Source of the DNA: Alphaproteobacteria bacterium
Lineage (GTDB): Bacteria; Pseudomonadota; Alphaproteobacteria; Micavibrionales; Micavibrionaceae
Reading direction: 5' to 3'
Assembly (NCBI GenBank): GCA_028282385.1
Contig: JANQIB010000098.1
Location: 4,502-68,501, forward strand
DNA length: 64,000 nucleotides
A program made the position numbers and the translations under genes. Below, one piece after another: positions 9,850 to 18,764 of the stretch (within the stretch, counting starts at the first letter, position 1; each line of letters starts with the position of its first letter). The notes under the pieces were generated by a model, which had not been told where the DNA came from, did not search any database, and saw only the letters and a list, made by a program, of their open reading frames with translations.

Positions 9850-11340
9850 TTAGACTTCAAATTCCGTTTTAGCTGAGTGCATTTGTCCGCCGCCTTGCCA
9901 CTGAAGACGGTCCGTGTGATAACTTCGCTGAACACGCACAGATTGCTGGGACAGGGCACCAGCAACCGCATCAAGCCCATCATCCTTCTGCCCTTTAAGA
10001 CCAGGGCGCCAATCCTGCATTTCAGTTATAAAGGGCGTTTTGTAGACACGTTCATGTACATGCAGCGCGCGCGCAGCGAGCACCGCATCAAAACCTTCTA
10101 AAATACGCAAATCTTTTGCCCGTGATGAATTGACCTCTGTAACTGCGCACGGGACTTTTTGCTCTGCCATCTGCGTACGCAAAATGGCCGGCAAAAACTT
10201 TCCAATGCCGTTTGTTTCTACGGTAACCGAGGGAATAAAATGCTCCCGCGCAATTCGTGCCACCTGCATGGACTGACTTACCGCTTCTTCTTCAGCCAAA
10301 GCCGGATCGTGCCGTAAATAAACCAGATCATGTAAATAATACTGCCCGACTTCATCACAAAAAATCACAGCCAGAACGGACGCATCTCCTTTTGCGCTTC
10401 CAAAAGAAGGATCCCACCAGGCCGAACAAGACACGAGACGCCGCCCTTCCAAACGAAGCTGCAATGTCTGCTGACTTTCTGAGGATTGCAGCTGCGATCC
10501 GTAACGCCTGAGTAAATTCGGATCCAGGCGGCTTTCACTCACATTGAGCGGCTCCAACAACATTTGTGAGGCAAATTTTTGCGGACCTGTCTGCGTTTTT
10601 ATCTGCTTAATATCTTGAAGTGTAAATTTCTCAGGCCAGCTACTTTCTCCATCCTGATCAATCAGGGGGATAACAAGGCGCTTATAATCTTTTAAAAAAA
10701 TGTCTTCTATTCCAAGTTCCGGCTTTGGTGCATCAAGATAAATAGACTCCCATGTATGAGGTGTACCTAAATAAATCTGTACGCCGCCCGGAACAAGAAT
10801 ATAAGATGTCTCTTCAAGCCGTTCTCTAAGATCTTGCCGCTTCTCCGGAGTCTCGCATGTATTAGGAACCTCAACATCATCACAAATGATAATATCGGCC
10901 CGAAGTCCTGTAATATTGGAATGAATACCGCGCGCAATCACCGAAGGGTCACGCTGGACCTGCCCCCGCTTAACGGTCAGACGATCTGCCGCCCACTCCT
11001 CCTTTTTCTTCGGAATGAGAGGCTTCGTTAAAGGATGTGTCTGGATGATCTTGCGAATATTGCGGACCATCTTGGACGCCAGCGTCTGTTCGGCCGCTAA
11101 CACCAGGATACGCAAATCCGGATCCCTGTAGAGCAGCCATGCCGAGAACAGAGTGGTGAGCGACGACTTGCCGCTTCCGCGAAAGGCCTTCAGCAGTAGC
11201 CGCGTCTCTCCATGCGCCCAACACACTTCGAACCAGCGCGCGATTCTGAAGTGAATCAGGGGTGTTGAATAATTTTGTGTCCTGTTCCATAGCGCTAAGA
11301 ATACTCCAAAATCGACTTCTTTTGTAGTGTTTTTATCCAT
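9850..11340 (-). CDS. phage terminase large subunit
   Basis: 496 aa. Walker A is FRGSGKSS and Walker B is ADIIICDDVE, with a C-terminal RNaseH-like nuclease region (AWWDPSFGSAKGDASVLAV). Confidence 0.85.
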   Translation of the reverse strand: MDKNTTKEVDFGVFLALWNRTQNYSTPLIHFRIARWFEVCWAHGETRLLLKAFRGSGKSSLTTLFSAWLLYRDPDLRILVLAAEQTLASKMVRNIRKIIQTHPLTKPLIPKKKEEWAADRLTVKRGQVQRDPSVIARGIHSNITGLRADIIICDDVEVPNTCETPEKRQDLRERLEETSYILVPGGVQIYLGTPHTWESIYLDAPKPELGIEDIFLKDYKRLVIPLIDQDGESSWPEKFTLQDIKQIKTQTGPQKFASQMLLEPLNVSESRLDPNLLRRYGSQLQSSESQQTLQLRLEGRRLVSCSAWWDPSFGSAKGDASVLAVIFCDEVGQYYLHDLVYLRHDPALAEEEAVSQSMQVARIAREHFIPSVTVETNGIGKFLPAILRTQMAEQKVPCAVTEVNSSRAKDLRILEGFDAVLAARALHVHERVYKTPFITEMQDWRPGLKGQKDDGLDAVAGALSQQSVRVQRSYHTDRLQWQGGGQMHSAKTEFEV

Positions 11341-11348
11341 ATTAGAAA

Positions 11349-11657
11349 CTAATAATCTTTCTCTGTGCCAAGCGTTTTCATAGCGCCATCATATTCCTGC
11401 CTTGCTTCTGACAAACTTGCTTTGAGCAGCATATTATCTTCCATGCTTTCAAGGTTTTCATATTCAGCCAGCTTCAATAATAATTCGAGATGAGCTAAAG
11501 CTGCCCGGCAGGCTTTATGATGCTCACCAAACTCTTTAGACTCATTTGGAGCGATTTGACCTGAAAAATTCCGGTAAGAATTTACCGCTCTTGAAATTGC
11601 AACCGGTAAAAAGGTTGCAATTTTCCTGCGCTCCTGCGCATCAATCCGATCATCCAT
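11349..11657 (-). CDS. hypothetical protein in the small-terminase position
   Basis: 102-aa helical ORF immediately upstream of the large terminase, as T7 gene 18 is. Assigned by position only. Confidence 0.3.
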   Translation of the reverse strand: MDDRIDAQERRKIATFLPVAISRAVNSYRNFSGQIAPNESKEFGEHHKACRAALAHLELLLKLAEYENLESMEDNMLLKASLSEARQEYDGAMKTLGTEKDY

Positions 11658-11667
11658 ACTGAAAGCC

Positions 11668-13692
11668 TTAATTATGTTTTGAGACGATGTACCAGGCAGC
11701 CCCGTTAGACACGACTGTAATCGCGCTATACTGGCTGGATAATGGCTGAGCAGAATTATCCGGACCTGTTCCGCCCTGCTCCGTCACTGTTACAGCGTTG
11801 GCAGAACTATCTGTTTTCTTGATCGTGATCGTCCGGCCAATTGCTTCTGCTGCATTCGCTGGCGGAAGTTGTGCCGTGACAACGCCGCCAAAGGATGAAA
11901 TCAGATACGTATCGACTGCCATATCAATATTGTATGTTCCGGTTCCTTCAAAAAATCGGGTGTTGCCGGGTGCCCGGTTTGAAGAGATAACAAACCATTC
12001 CGCGCCATTTGAAATCATCTGGACAAAATCATTTTCTGCGCCCAGGTAATAGCTACGCCCATCCGGTCCGCTTCCACCTGTTTCACCAATCGTAATCACA
12101 TTCGCAGAACTATCGATTTTTTTAACCACCATCATCATGCCTTGCGCATCAGATGCGTTTGGCAAATTCACTGTAAGAGCGCCGCCAAAAGATGAAATCA
12201 AATGCACAGAATGAGATTCATCAAGATTTAACGTTCCGGAAGTGTCCGCGTATTCCGTATCATAGCGCTGCACTGTTGCGTTGATATCTGTGACAGTTGT
12301 CTGTTGAAAACGGTTCTTATACGGATAACCTGCATTATAGGCGGTATATTCCCCGCCGGAAAGATCCCAGATTGCCGATCCGTCCGATGCAGAAAGTAAA
12401 TTATAAATCGCTGTTTCAATCGATCCGCTTTCAAGTTTTACATTCGGCACACCGTTATTGGATTCTGCGTAAGGATTCACCAGCAATGTCTTATTTGATC
12501 CTGCGCCAATGATAAAGCACCCTTGCGCCGTCCCTTTGACATTGGCCTCACAATCAATAAAAGCATTATTGAATGAGCCATGCTCAACATAAAACCCGGC
12601 ACCCGTGATATCTGCGCCCAGAGAATAAACCCGGCAGGCATGAAACTTGTTCGCATTGGGTGTATCTCCAGCCCCGCTTTTAGCCAGGTGAAATCCATGT
12701 GTATTCGGCTGCACCACTAAAACACGGTTAAAGTTATTCCAGTAACAGGGCTTGGCCGTATCCGTATACCCGTCCAGCTTCACTCCAACATTGGCCTGCC
12801 AGATTGTGACATCGACAATAGAAGTCTGGACACAAGGACGATCTTTCCCGTACAGCAAAATCCCATTATCGCTGTTTTCTATTCTAAGGTTAGAGATAGA
12901 GGCATAATCCGCCGGCACTTCAATTGCGTTAAAGCTGTTATCCTGGCAGGAAAGAACAGAAGTTTGGCCGGCCCCGAACAAAGTTTGACGCTCCCCGACC
13001 GTGATTGTCCCGGTGATAAAATAACTACCAGGCGGAATATAGACGCTGTCATGCGCTGTTAAAGCCTGCTGGATCGCCAGCGTATCATCGGTTAGTCCGT
13101 CACCTTTTGCACCAAAATCTTTGACTGACACGAAATCAGAAAATTTATCGCTTGAGGTTCGCGTGACCGCACCCGTACCGGAGGCTGTATAATCCGGCGA
13201 TGCCATCGATCCTTCCAGAGACACTGCAACCGGGTCACCATCACCATCAAATCCCAGCGCTTTATTCGCGCGTTGCGTGCGATCTGGCAGCACCGTTTCT
13301 CCCGGCGTTTCATAATCGCTATAGCGCAGCATCGGTGAAAGATCCCGATCTACCTGCTGAAGACCTGCTGTCAGATAGTCCAGTTCCGTATTTATAGCCG
13401 CGGCAGAGAAACCTCCACCTTCAAGAAAGTCTGTTAGCCGCTCAAACGGCAGTCGGCGCTCAAGCGTAAGAACGATACCGCTTGATGGCGCAATATCAAA
13501 AGTGACAGTTCCGCCAGATGTTTCTCCAACATCAGAAATATCGTAACCACTTGTCTGCAATGCGCCATCAAAATAAATTTTTAAATCTTCACTGGCAAAA
13601 ATTGAAAAAGGGTAAGTAAAAACGGTTTGTGAACCATTGGCAACGTAGCGCACAAGCGGTTCTACCGCCGGCACCTTAACATGCTCAGTCAT
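11668..13692 (-). CDS. tail fiber/tailspike with a pectate-lyase-like beta-helix and a duplicated C-terminal module
   Basis: 674 aa. The N-terminus (RYVANGSQTVFTYPFSIF..DLKIYFDG) is typical of phage fibers. VKDFGAKGDGLTDDTLAIQQAL is the Pectate_lyase_3 motif. Two C-terminal repeats of about 80 aa follow. Confidence 0.8.
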   Translation of the reverse strand: MTEHVKVPAVEPLVRYVANGSQTVFTYPFSIFASEDLKIYFDGALQTSGYDISDVGETSGGTVTFDIAPSSGIVLTLERRLPFERLTDFLEGGGFSAAAINTELDYLTAGLQQVDRDLSPMLRYSDYETPGETVLPDRTQRANKALGFDGDGDPVAVSLEGSMASPDYTASGTGAVTRTSSDKFSDFVSVKDFGAKGDGLTDDTLAIQQALTAHDSVYIPPGSYFITGTITVGERQTLFGAGQTSVLSCQDNSFNAIEVPADYASISNLRIENSDNGILLYGKDRPCVQTSIVDVTIWQANVGVKLDGYTDTAKPCYWNNFNRVLVVQPNTHGFHLAKSGAGDTPNANKFHACRVYSLGADITGAGFYVEHGSFNNAFIDCEANVKGTAQGCFIIGAGSNKTLLVNPYAESNNGVPNVKLESGSIETAIYNLLSASDGSAIWDLSGGEYTAYNAGYPYKNRFQQTTVTDINATVQRYDTEYADTSGTLNLDESHSVHLISSFGGALTVNLPNASDAQGMMMVVKKIDSSANVITIGETGGSGPDGRSYYLGAENDFVQMISNGAEWFVISSNRAPGNTRFFEGTGTYNIDMAVDTYLISSFGGVVTAQLPPANAAEAIGRTITIKKTDSSANAVTVTEQGGTGPDNSAQPLSSQYSAITVVSNGAAWYIVSKHN
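11671..12216 (-). repeat. intragenic tandem duplication (two modules of about 80 aa) at the tailspike C-terminus
   Basis: HLISSFGGALTVNLPNASDAQGMMMVVKKIDSSANVITIGETGGSGPDG...NGAEWFVISSN compared with YLISSFGGVVTAQLPPANAAEAIGRTITIKKTDSSANAVTVTEQGGTGPDN...NGAAWYIVSKHN. Confidence 0.85.
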
Positions 13693-13715
13693 AATGATCT
13701 CCTCTATAATATAAG

Positions 13716-14255
13716 TTATAACAGGCTAATAATGGAATTCGCGTTTCCTAAAAGCCCTTGCGCAAAGGAATTTGCATTTGAAACATTGCTCAGTTTTTGA
13801 CGCTCTTTTAGTTGTGTTTGCTGTAAAACATTCAGACGTTTACGCTGGGCCAGGTCAGTATCCAGGGCGTTGAGACGCAAGTTATCAAGCGCTTCACGCT
13901 CCTGCCTCTCCTCTTCTGATTCTTCAAACAAACCAAGCAAAACCGCCTGGGCTGAACCACCCGCATTTGTATCAATACCGCTTGCTCCAAATTTTGCGCG
14001 CTGACGTGCTGTTGCCCGCTTTAATGCATCACGACGTTCTTTTTCCGCCGATTCTGATTCAAGCTTGATTTTTTCACGTTCAAGCGCTGCGTTTTCTTTA
14101 GCTACACGCAACTCCGCCTGTTGTTTTTGTTGAAGCTCTTTAAGCGCAAGATCTTGCGCCTCACTCTGATCATTATACCCACTCACCGTATCAACAAGTC
14201 CTGACACAATGCTAAGCCCCTGTATCACCGGGGCGATACCACTCAAACCGGCCAT
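13716..14255 (-). CDS. coiled-coil virion protein candidate (internal/ejection protein position)
   Basis: 179 aa. A Gly/hydrophobic N-terminus is followed by a long charged coiled coil. It sits between tubular B and the tailspike. Confidence 0.35.
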   Translation of the reverse strand: MAGLSGIAPVIQGLSIVSGLVDTVSGYNDQSEAQDLALKELQQKQQAELRVAKENAALEREKIKLESESAEKERRDALKRATARQRAKFGASGIDTNAGGSAQAVLLGLFEESEEERQEREALDNLRLNALDTDLAQRKRLNVLQQTQLKERQKLSNVSNANSFAQGLLGNANSIISLL

Positions 14256-14277
14256 ATCAATCTCCTTTGATTTACAA

Positions 14278-16176
14278 TTAGTCGTTAAATTTAATTTCCG
14301 CAGTCACGGATAAAAGCGTGAAAGGGTAAGGGATGCTCTGCTCGATTTCCCAAAGAGCATCGACACCGTTTTTCTGCCAGCCAAGTGAACGAACAGCAAT
14401 ATCCCCACTGATTACCGGCGGCGGCGCATCCAGAATTTCATCTTCACCAAAATCTTTCAGCGCGATATCCTGAAGCCCTCTTCCCGTATCAAGGCGTAAA
14501 GCCTGCGTTTCCTTCAAACGGAAAATCGCTTCGATCAATCTGAGCTTAATACCAAATCCGCCTTCTCCAGCAGATGTTGGCGGCAAAGGTTTAATCTTGT
14601 GCGTATAAGACAGGCCGATTTCAACTTTCAAAGCAGGCTCTGATAAAATCACTGCACCTGAAGAAACAGCTTGATCATCCTGAACAATATCATCTGCGAT
14701 GATAGAAACAGTTTGCCCTTCAAGATGATCTAAGCCGGACCATGTTGCAGTTGCCGTTCCAACCTCTCCCGTTAAAGCCGAGTCTAAAGTAAGAGCATCA
14801 TCAAATAGCTCAATCATGTAAGAGCCATCTCGCTCTACTAGAAGATAAACATCATCTCCAACCACAGAAACCGATTTCACATTTCCCTGTGTTTCATGAA
14901 GAGTCCAGGCTGCGACCTGCTCCGCCCGATAAACAGTGAGTGTTGCAAATTTTCCATCTTCCCGAACAATAAAGAGAAGCCGGCGCGTTGCATCAAAATC
15001 CTGATCCACCGGATCAATAATAATGTGCCGGGAAAGCAAAGCCAGATCTGTCGCCTGATAAGCTTGTTCAATATCGGTATAAAGAAATTCACGAATTTCA
15101 TTCTTATTCCGGGCAACAAACAAAGTTGCACCATCGACCGTTACCGGCGGTATATAGCGGTCAATCACAGATCCAACACGTGTCTGTCGATTAAGCTGAA
15201 CCGTTTCCGGAGTTAGAGGATCTCCAGTAACCATCCATTCCGCACCAGAGGTAAAAACCTGCAAGTGACGGCCGGAAAAAATACCCCGGATCGCGTTGAC
15301 CTGATCAGACAAAATCGCAAATTCAATAGATTCATCATCCAACCCCTCGCCAATATCAAAATTGAAGAGATCTCCAGATTTTGAAAACCAAAGCCGGTTC
15401 GGAAGATCACGAGAACCTCCAATCACCAGCCTATCCTGGTGAAAGGCAACCGAAACCGGATAACCGCGCACCGGGCTAAAGGCCTGCTCCTGCCAGTCAA
15501 TCGTTGCATCCGTTGAGAGCAAATCTTCAATCGTTGTGACTGTCACAACAGTCGGTGAATCATAACTTGTAATTTCAACTTCTTTTCCTCCAACGCGCAG
15601 ACGGGTTCCCGCATGCAGCGGATCAAAACTATCTGCAGATGCCGTCAGTGTAATTGACCCTGTGGTGCCACTTGGCGTTAAGGTTACCGTGCTTTCTGCA
15701 AATTTATAATAAGGCTGATAGACGATATTCTTATCCGTAAAAAAATCCCAATCCAGAAGGGAAAATGTTCCCCCGCTATCACGGATCAGTCTTTTCGGCG
15801 CATAATCAGGATGTGTCATCAAAAGCGTATCGGCGCTCTGTGTCCAGGCAACCTGACTGATTGTACTCGCCGGCCATGGACTTGAAAGCGTACTTACCTT
15901 AACACCGGAAGCATAAATATCAATTTGGCTGTCCGTTAGCACAAGCAGATAAGTTTGCTGTGTGTTGAATTCAAAAGCGATTAAACGCCCGTCCCCGGCC
16001 GCCGTATCGATATAAGAGAGCCCTGCGCGGCGGGTTACACCGCCGGTTGGAAAGATAAAAAGGTTGCGCAATTCCTGCGCACCGTTTTCATAGGCGCGGA
16101 GATCACCCCGCCCCAAAAGCTCGGGTGAAACCTCCCCGGCGGTAAAATTGGTTTTAACTTGCCTGATCCGTGTCAT
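14278..16176 (-). CDS. tail tubular protein B-like (nozzle)
   Basis: 632 aa. The N-terminus (VKTNFTAGEVSPELLGRGDLRAYENGA) parallels the T7 gp12 N-terminal pattern, and the gene follows the tubular A gene. Confidence 0.55.
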   Translation of the reverse strand: MTRIRQVKTNFTAGEVSPELLGRGDLRAYENGAQELRNLFIFPTGGVTRRAGLSYIDTAAGDGRLIAFEFNTQQTYLLVLTDSQIDIYASGVKVSTLSSPWPASTISQVAWTQSADTLLMTHPDYAPKRLIRDSGGTFSLLDWDFFTDKNIVYQPYYKFAESTVTLTPSGTTGSITLTASADSFDPLHAGTRLRVGGKEVEITSYDSPTVVTVTTIEDLLSTDATIDWQEQAFSPVRGYPVSVAFHQDRLVIGGSRDLPNRLWFSKSGDLFNFDIGEGLDDESIEFAILSDQVNAIRGIFSGRHLQVFTSGAEWMVTGDPLTPETVQLNRQTRVGSVIDRYIPPVTVDGATLFVARNKNEIREFLYTDIEQAYQATDLALLSRHIIIDPVDQDFDATRRLLFIVREDGKFATLTVYRAEQVAAWTLHETQGNVKSVSVVGDDVYLLVERDGSYMIELFDDALTLDSALTGEVGTATATWSGLDHLEGQTVSIIADDIVQDDQAVSSGAVILSEPALKVEIGLSYTHKIKPLPPTSAGEGGFGIKLRLIEAIFRLKETQALRLDTGRGLQDIALKDFGEDEILDAPPPVISGDIAVRSLGWQKNGVDALWEIEQSIPYPFTLLSVTAEIKFND

Positions 16177-16195
16177 ATTTACTCCTTTTCACACA

Positions 16196-16222
16196 TAAAA
16201 AAACCGCCCTCAAAGGGGCGGC
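16196..16222 (-). terminator. rho-independent terminator after 16247..16654
   Basis: On the minus strand: ccgcccc-tttg-agggcgg followed by TTTTTTAT. Confidence 0.75.
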
Positions 16223-16246
16223 TTAACAAAAATAATTTTTTTATAC

Positions 16247-16654
16247 TTATTTTTCACGCTCAATAGCTTTATCGGCCTGCTCAAAGGTCGCAATGAACAA
16301 ATCTTTAAAATAAATTTTCAAATCTGCGACAATATCTGATTGAACATCTTCGACTGTACTATCTGGACTAGAATTATGCTCATACTTGTTTTGATAGACT
16401 TCTTCGGCATACCTACGAATATATTGATCGCATTCTTTTATGGAATATTTTAGAGACCGGTTTAAAAGCACATCACGGTCTACAATCTTCGCTAGATTGT
16501 CTGACATAAAATCAACGGCTTTTTCTTCTACACACAATAACGATTTCTGCCTATAACCAGTCATATAAATAAGATCAGGGCGCAAAATATGAATAAGCGC
16601 CATTGTGTAGATAAACAAAAAAATCATAAATATTGAAATGGATTTTTTATTCAT
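16247..16654 (-). CDS. small N-terminally anchored protein, partner of the 180-aa PG-binding protein (immunity-like candidate)
   Basis: 135 aa. The TM segment is ISIFMIFLFIYTMALIHIL. The start overlaps the upstream stop (ATGA-type coupling at 16651-16654). The region is AT-rich by eye. Confidence 0.4.
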   Translation of the reverse strand: MNKKSISIFMIFLFIYTMALIHILRPDLIYMTGYRQKSLLCVEEKAVDFMSDNLAKIVDRDVLLNRSLKYSIKECDQYIRRYAEEVYQNKYEHNSSPDSTVEDVQSDIVADLKIYFKDLFIATFEQADKAIEREK

Positions 16655-17193
16655 ATAACACCATCATCATTTTCTCTCTGATGTTTAATAATTTCTTCCA
16701 TAATCTTAAATTGAGGATTCAATTTTCCCCCACTTTTTAAGAAGTCAAAAATCTTCTTATGGTCTTTTAGTTGCTCTATAAGATCTTTGACTTTTTCATT
16801 ATCTTTTAGATTATCCATTGTTTCCTTTAGAGAATCAAAGAAATTATCATCCTTACCAAAATCCGGCTTTCTTTCCGGCAAAGGCGGTTTCGATGGCTTC
16901 TTTGGTGGAATGGGGGGAAGTTCAGATTCAGGTGTATCATCGCTTTGAGTTTGTTTTAACACTGTATTCAAAGCAACTTCTGTTTCCCCGCCGGGGTTCA
17001 TAATCCGGTCCGGTTTAAGATCATTGTCATACTGAAAAGCTAAAATCGCATCGTCGAGCTCCCGGTCGATAATCCCGTTTTCAACCGGGCGGTTATAATA
17101 GCCGGCCTTCGAAAAAGCCCGCTTTGCCTGCAATACGTCTTCATCATCATTCTCCAGGTTATTTCCGACAGGGCGGTTTATTTTAAAACGCAT
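16651..17193 (-). CDS. peptidoglycan-binding-module protein with a PPLPERKPDF junction and a short variable C-terminal domain
   Basis: 180 aa. PVGNNLENDDEDV...GYYNRP..GIIDRELDDAILAFQYDNDLKPDRIMNPGGETE is PG_binding_1-like and paralogous to modules in 21466..23475. Confidence 0.6.
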   Translation of the reverse strand: MRFKINRPVGNNLENDDEDVLQAKRAFSKAGYYNRPVENGIIDRELDDAILAFQYDNDLKPDRIMNPGGETEVALNTVLKQTQSDDTPESELPPIPPKKPSKPPLPERKPDFGKDDNFFDSLKETMDNLKDNEKVKDLIEQLKDHKKIFDFLKSGGKLNPQFKIMEEIIKHQRENDDGVI

Positions 17194-17195
17194 TC

Positions 17196-17765
17196 CTACC
17201 CCCTCACATCAATCAACGTAAAGTTTTCAAGCCTGTTCGGACTATCCTGCTGCGCATCAACCTGACGCGCGGCGGCAAATTCCTTTTCAGCCATCCGGGT
17301 TAGCGTTTCAGCGCGTGATGTGCTTTCGGTAACCGGAATACAAAACTCGGCTGCCAAACGGGCTATCAAAGCCGTATCAAAGAACGGTGGAAACTCTTCC
17401 TCCTGAGGCTGATAAATATAAGTTAAAATAACTTCATCCGCATTAGCATGCAGCTGTCCTTGTAAAATACGGTAATGAAGCCCACGCCCTTTACCGCCAT
17501 TGCCGGCAGAAATGGCACGTAGAAAATCACTCGGCAGTTGAAAAGCGTTTTGATAATCTGCAAGCGGACTCTCGCTCAGCTTGTTTAACTCCACCTGCCC
17601 TGTTGCAAATGTCCAGGGATAAGCCGATAACAAAGCATCGCGCGCAGGCGCATAAAGAATCGAAGCAATTTCTGATTCTGCTGTGCCGTCATCAAATGAA
17701 CTAATCGGGGCGGCGCCAAGACGCACAAGCGCACGGCTGCAAAGCCCAACATCGTTGAGTGCCAT
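17196..17765 (-). CDS. tail tubular protein A-like (adaptor)
   Basis: 189 aa. MALNDVGLCSRALVRLGAAPISSFDDGTAESEIA...YPWTF parallels the T7 gp11 N-terminal pattern. Confidence 0.6.
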   Translation of the reverse strand: MALNDVGLCSRALVRLGAAPISSFDDGTAESEIASILYAPARDALLSAYPWTFATGQVELNKLSESPLADYQNAFQLPSDFLRAISAGNGGKGRGLHYRILQGQLHANADEVILTYIYQPQEEEFPPFFDTALIARLAAEFCIPVTESTSRAETLTRMAEKEFAAARQVDAQQDSPNRLENFTLIDVRG

Positions 17766-17789
17766 ATTTTTTCTCCTGTTGTTAATGAA

Positions 17790-17822
17790 TAAAAAAAGCG
17801 GCCTTATGGCCGCTTAAAAAAT
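17790..17822 (-). terminator. rho-independent terminator after 17839..18243
   Basis: aagcggcc-ttat-ggccgctt flanked by A and T runs. Confidence 0.8.
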
Positions 17823-17838
17823 ATTGGTTTCAAATTTA

Positions 17839-18243
17839 TTACGCTGCCAGCAAGGGTTCGTAACGTGGAGCGTTTTGCATTGAAGTTCCAAGGTTATAGT
17901 TTCCTGATCCCTCTCCTGCATGAGCTCGACGAAAATCCGTCATCATAAAATCTGCAACTTTAATCTGCGTAGTTTGCAAGTTTTGTGAATGCTCTTCTTT
18001 CACTTTTTCATTAGAATTAAGCATGTCATATACTGCCCATGCCTGTATTTCAGTGCCCCTAAAGACTGCTCCCTGAGGCGTATAAATAACATTCAAAATG
18101 CCGTGACGAGCAAAAGCTTCAGAAAGCTTTTCTGTTGGTTCTCTTTCTTCTTCAAAAGAAATATCTTCCGGACGCACACTGGCAGGAAACCCGCCGCTAT
18201 GCGGAATTGAATAATAACCCGTCTGCAATGCCTGCACAGACAT
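17839..18243 (-). CDS. hypothetical protein (moron-like, bracketed by terminators)
   Basis: 134-aa ORF with no recognisable motif. Confidence 0.4.
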   Translation of the reverse strand: MSVQALQTGYYSIPHSGGFPASVRPEDISFEEEREPTEKLSEAFARHGILNVIYTPQGAVFRGTEIQAWAVYDMLNSNEKVKEEHSQNLQTTQIKVADFMMTDFRRAHAGEGSGNYNLGTSMQNAPRYEPLLAA

Positions 18244-18329
18244 GAATATTTCACACCCTTTTTGTTTTTAGTTGATGATTTTCTAAAATATCAGCATTAC
18301 TAAAGACAAATTTACTTTCTAAACACTTG

Positions 18330-18381
18330 TTAAATAAAAGAAATTTCCGCCCTGACCCAACAGGGCCAAAAGGCGGAAATC
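18330..18381 (-). terminator. rho-independent terminator downstream of the capsid gene plus 79-aa gene
   Basis: On the minus strand: atttccgcc...ggcggaaat stem followed by TTCTTTTATTT. Confidence 0.65.
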
Positions 18382-18494
18382 CCGGTTAATACAAAACGGA
18401 CGCTTTCTCAAACGCGCCCAAAGACTGCTTTAGGGGGGTTCGTGAAGGGGAGGAAAAGTAGAACACTCACCTAAACAGTCCGCACACCCAACGA

Positions 18495-18734
18495 TTAGGC
18501 GTACACCGCAATCGTCACTGCGCCGCTTGTAATATCGGTCACAATATAAAATTTTGTGGCCGGCGTGCCGTCTGTATCAACATTCGCAATGATGAGGTCG
18601 TTGACATTCATCATATCGGCTGCGTTATCAAAGTAGTTAGCTGTGGTGACAGCATCATCAGCTGTTGTGTAATGCCACAGCGTAAAGTTGTTCGCATAAG
18701 CGAGCACACTTAAATCAGAAAGTTTTAAAGCCAT
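18495..18734 (-). CDS. small protein following the capsid gene (possible head decoration or minor capsid protein)
   Basis: 79-aa ORF starting 30 nt after the capsid stop. Assigned by position only. Confidence 0.35.
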   Translation of the reverse strand: MALKLSDLSVLAYANNFTLWHYTTADDAVTTANYFDNAADMMNVNDLIIANVDTDGTPATKFYIVTDITSGAVTIAVYA

Positions 18735-18764
18735 TGCTTATCTCCTTTTATGTTAGCTGTGGTT

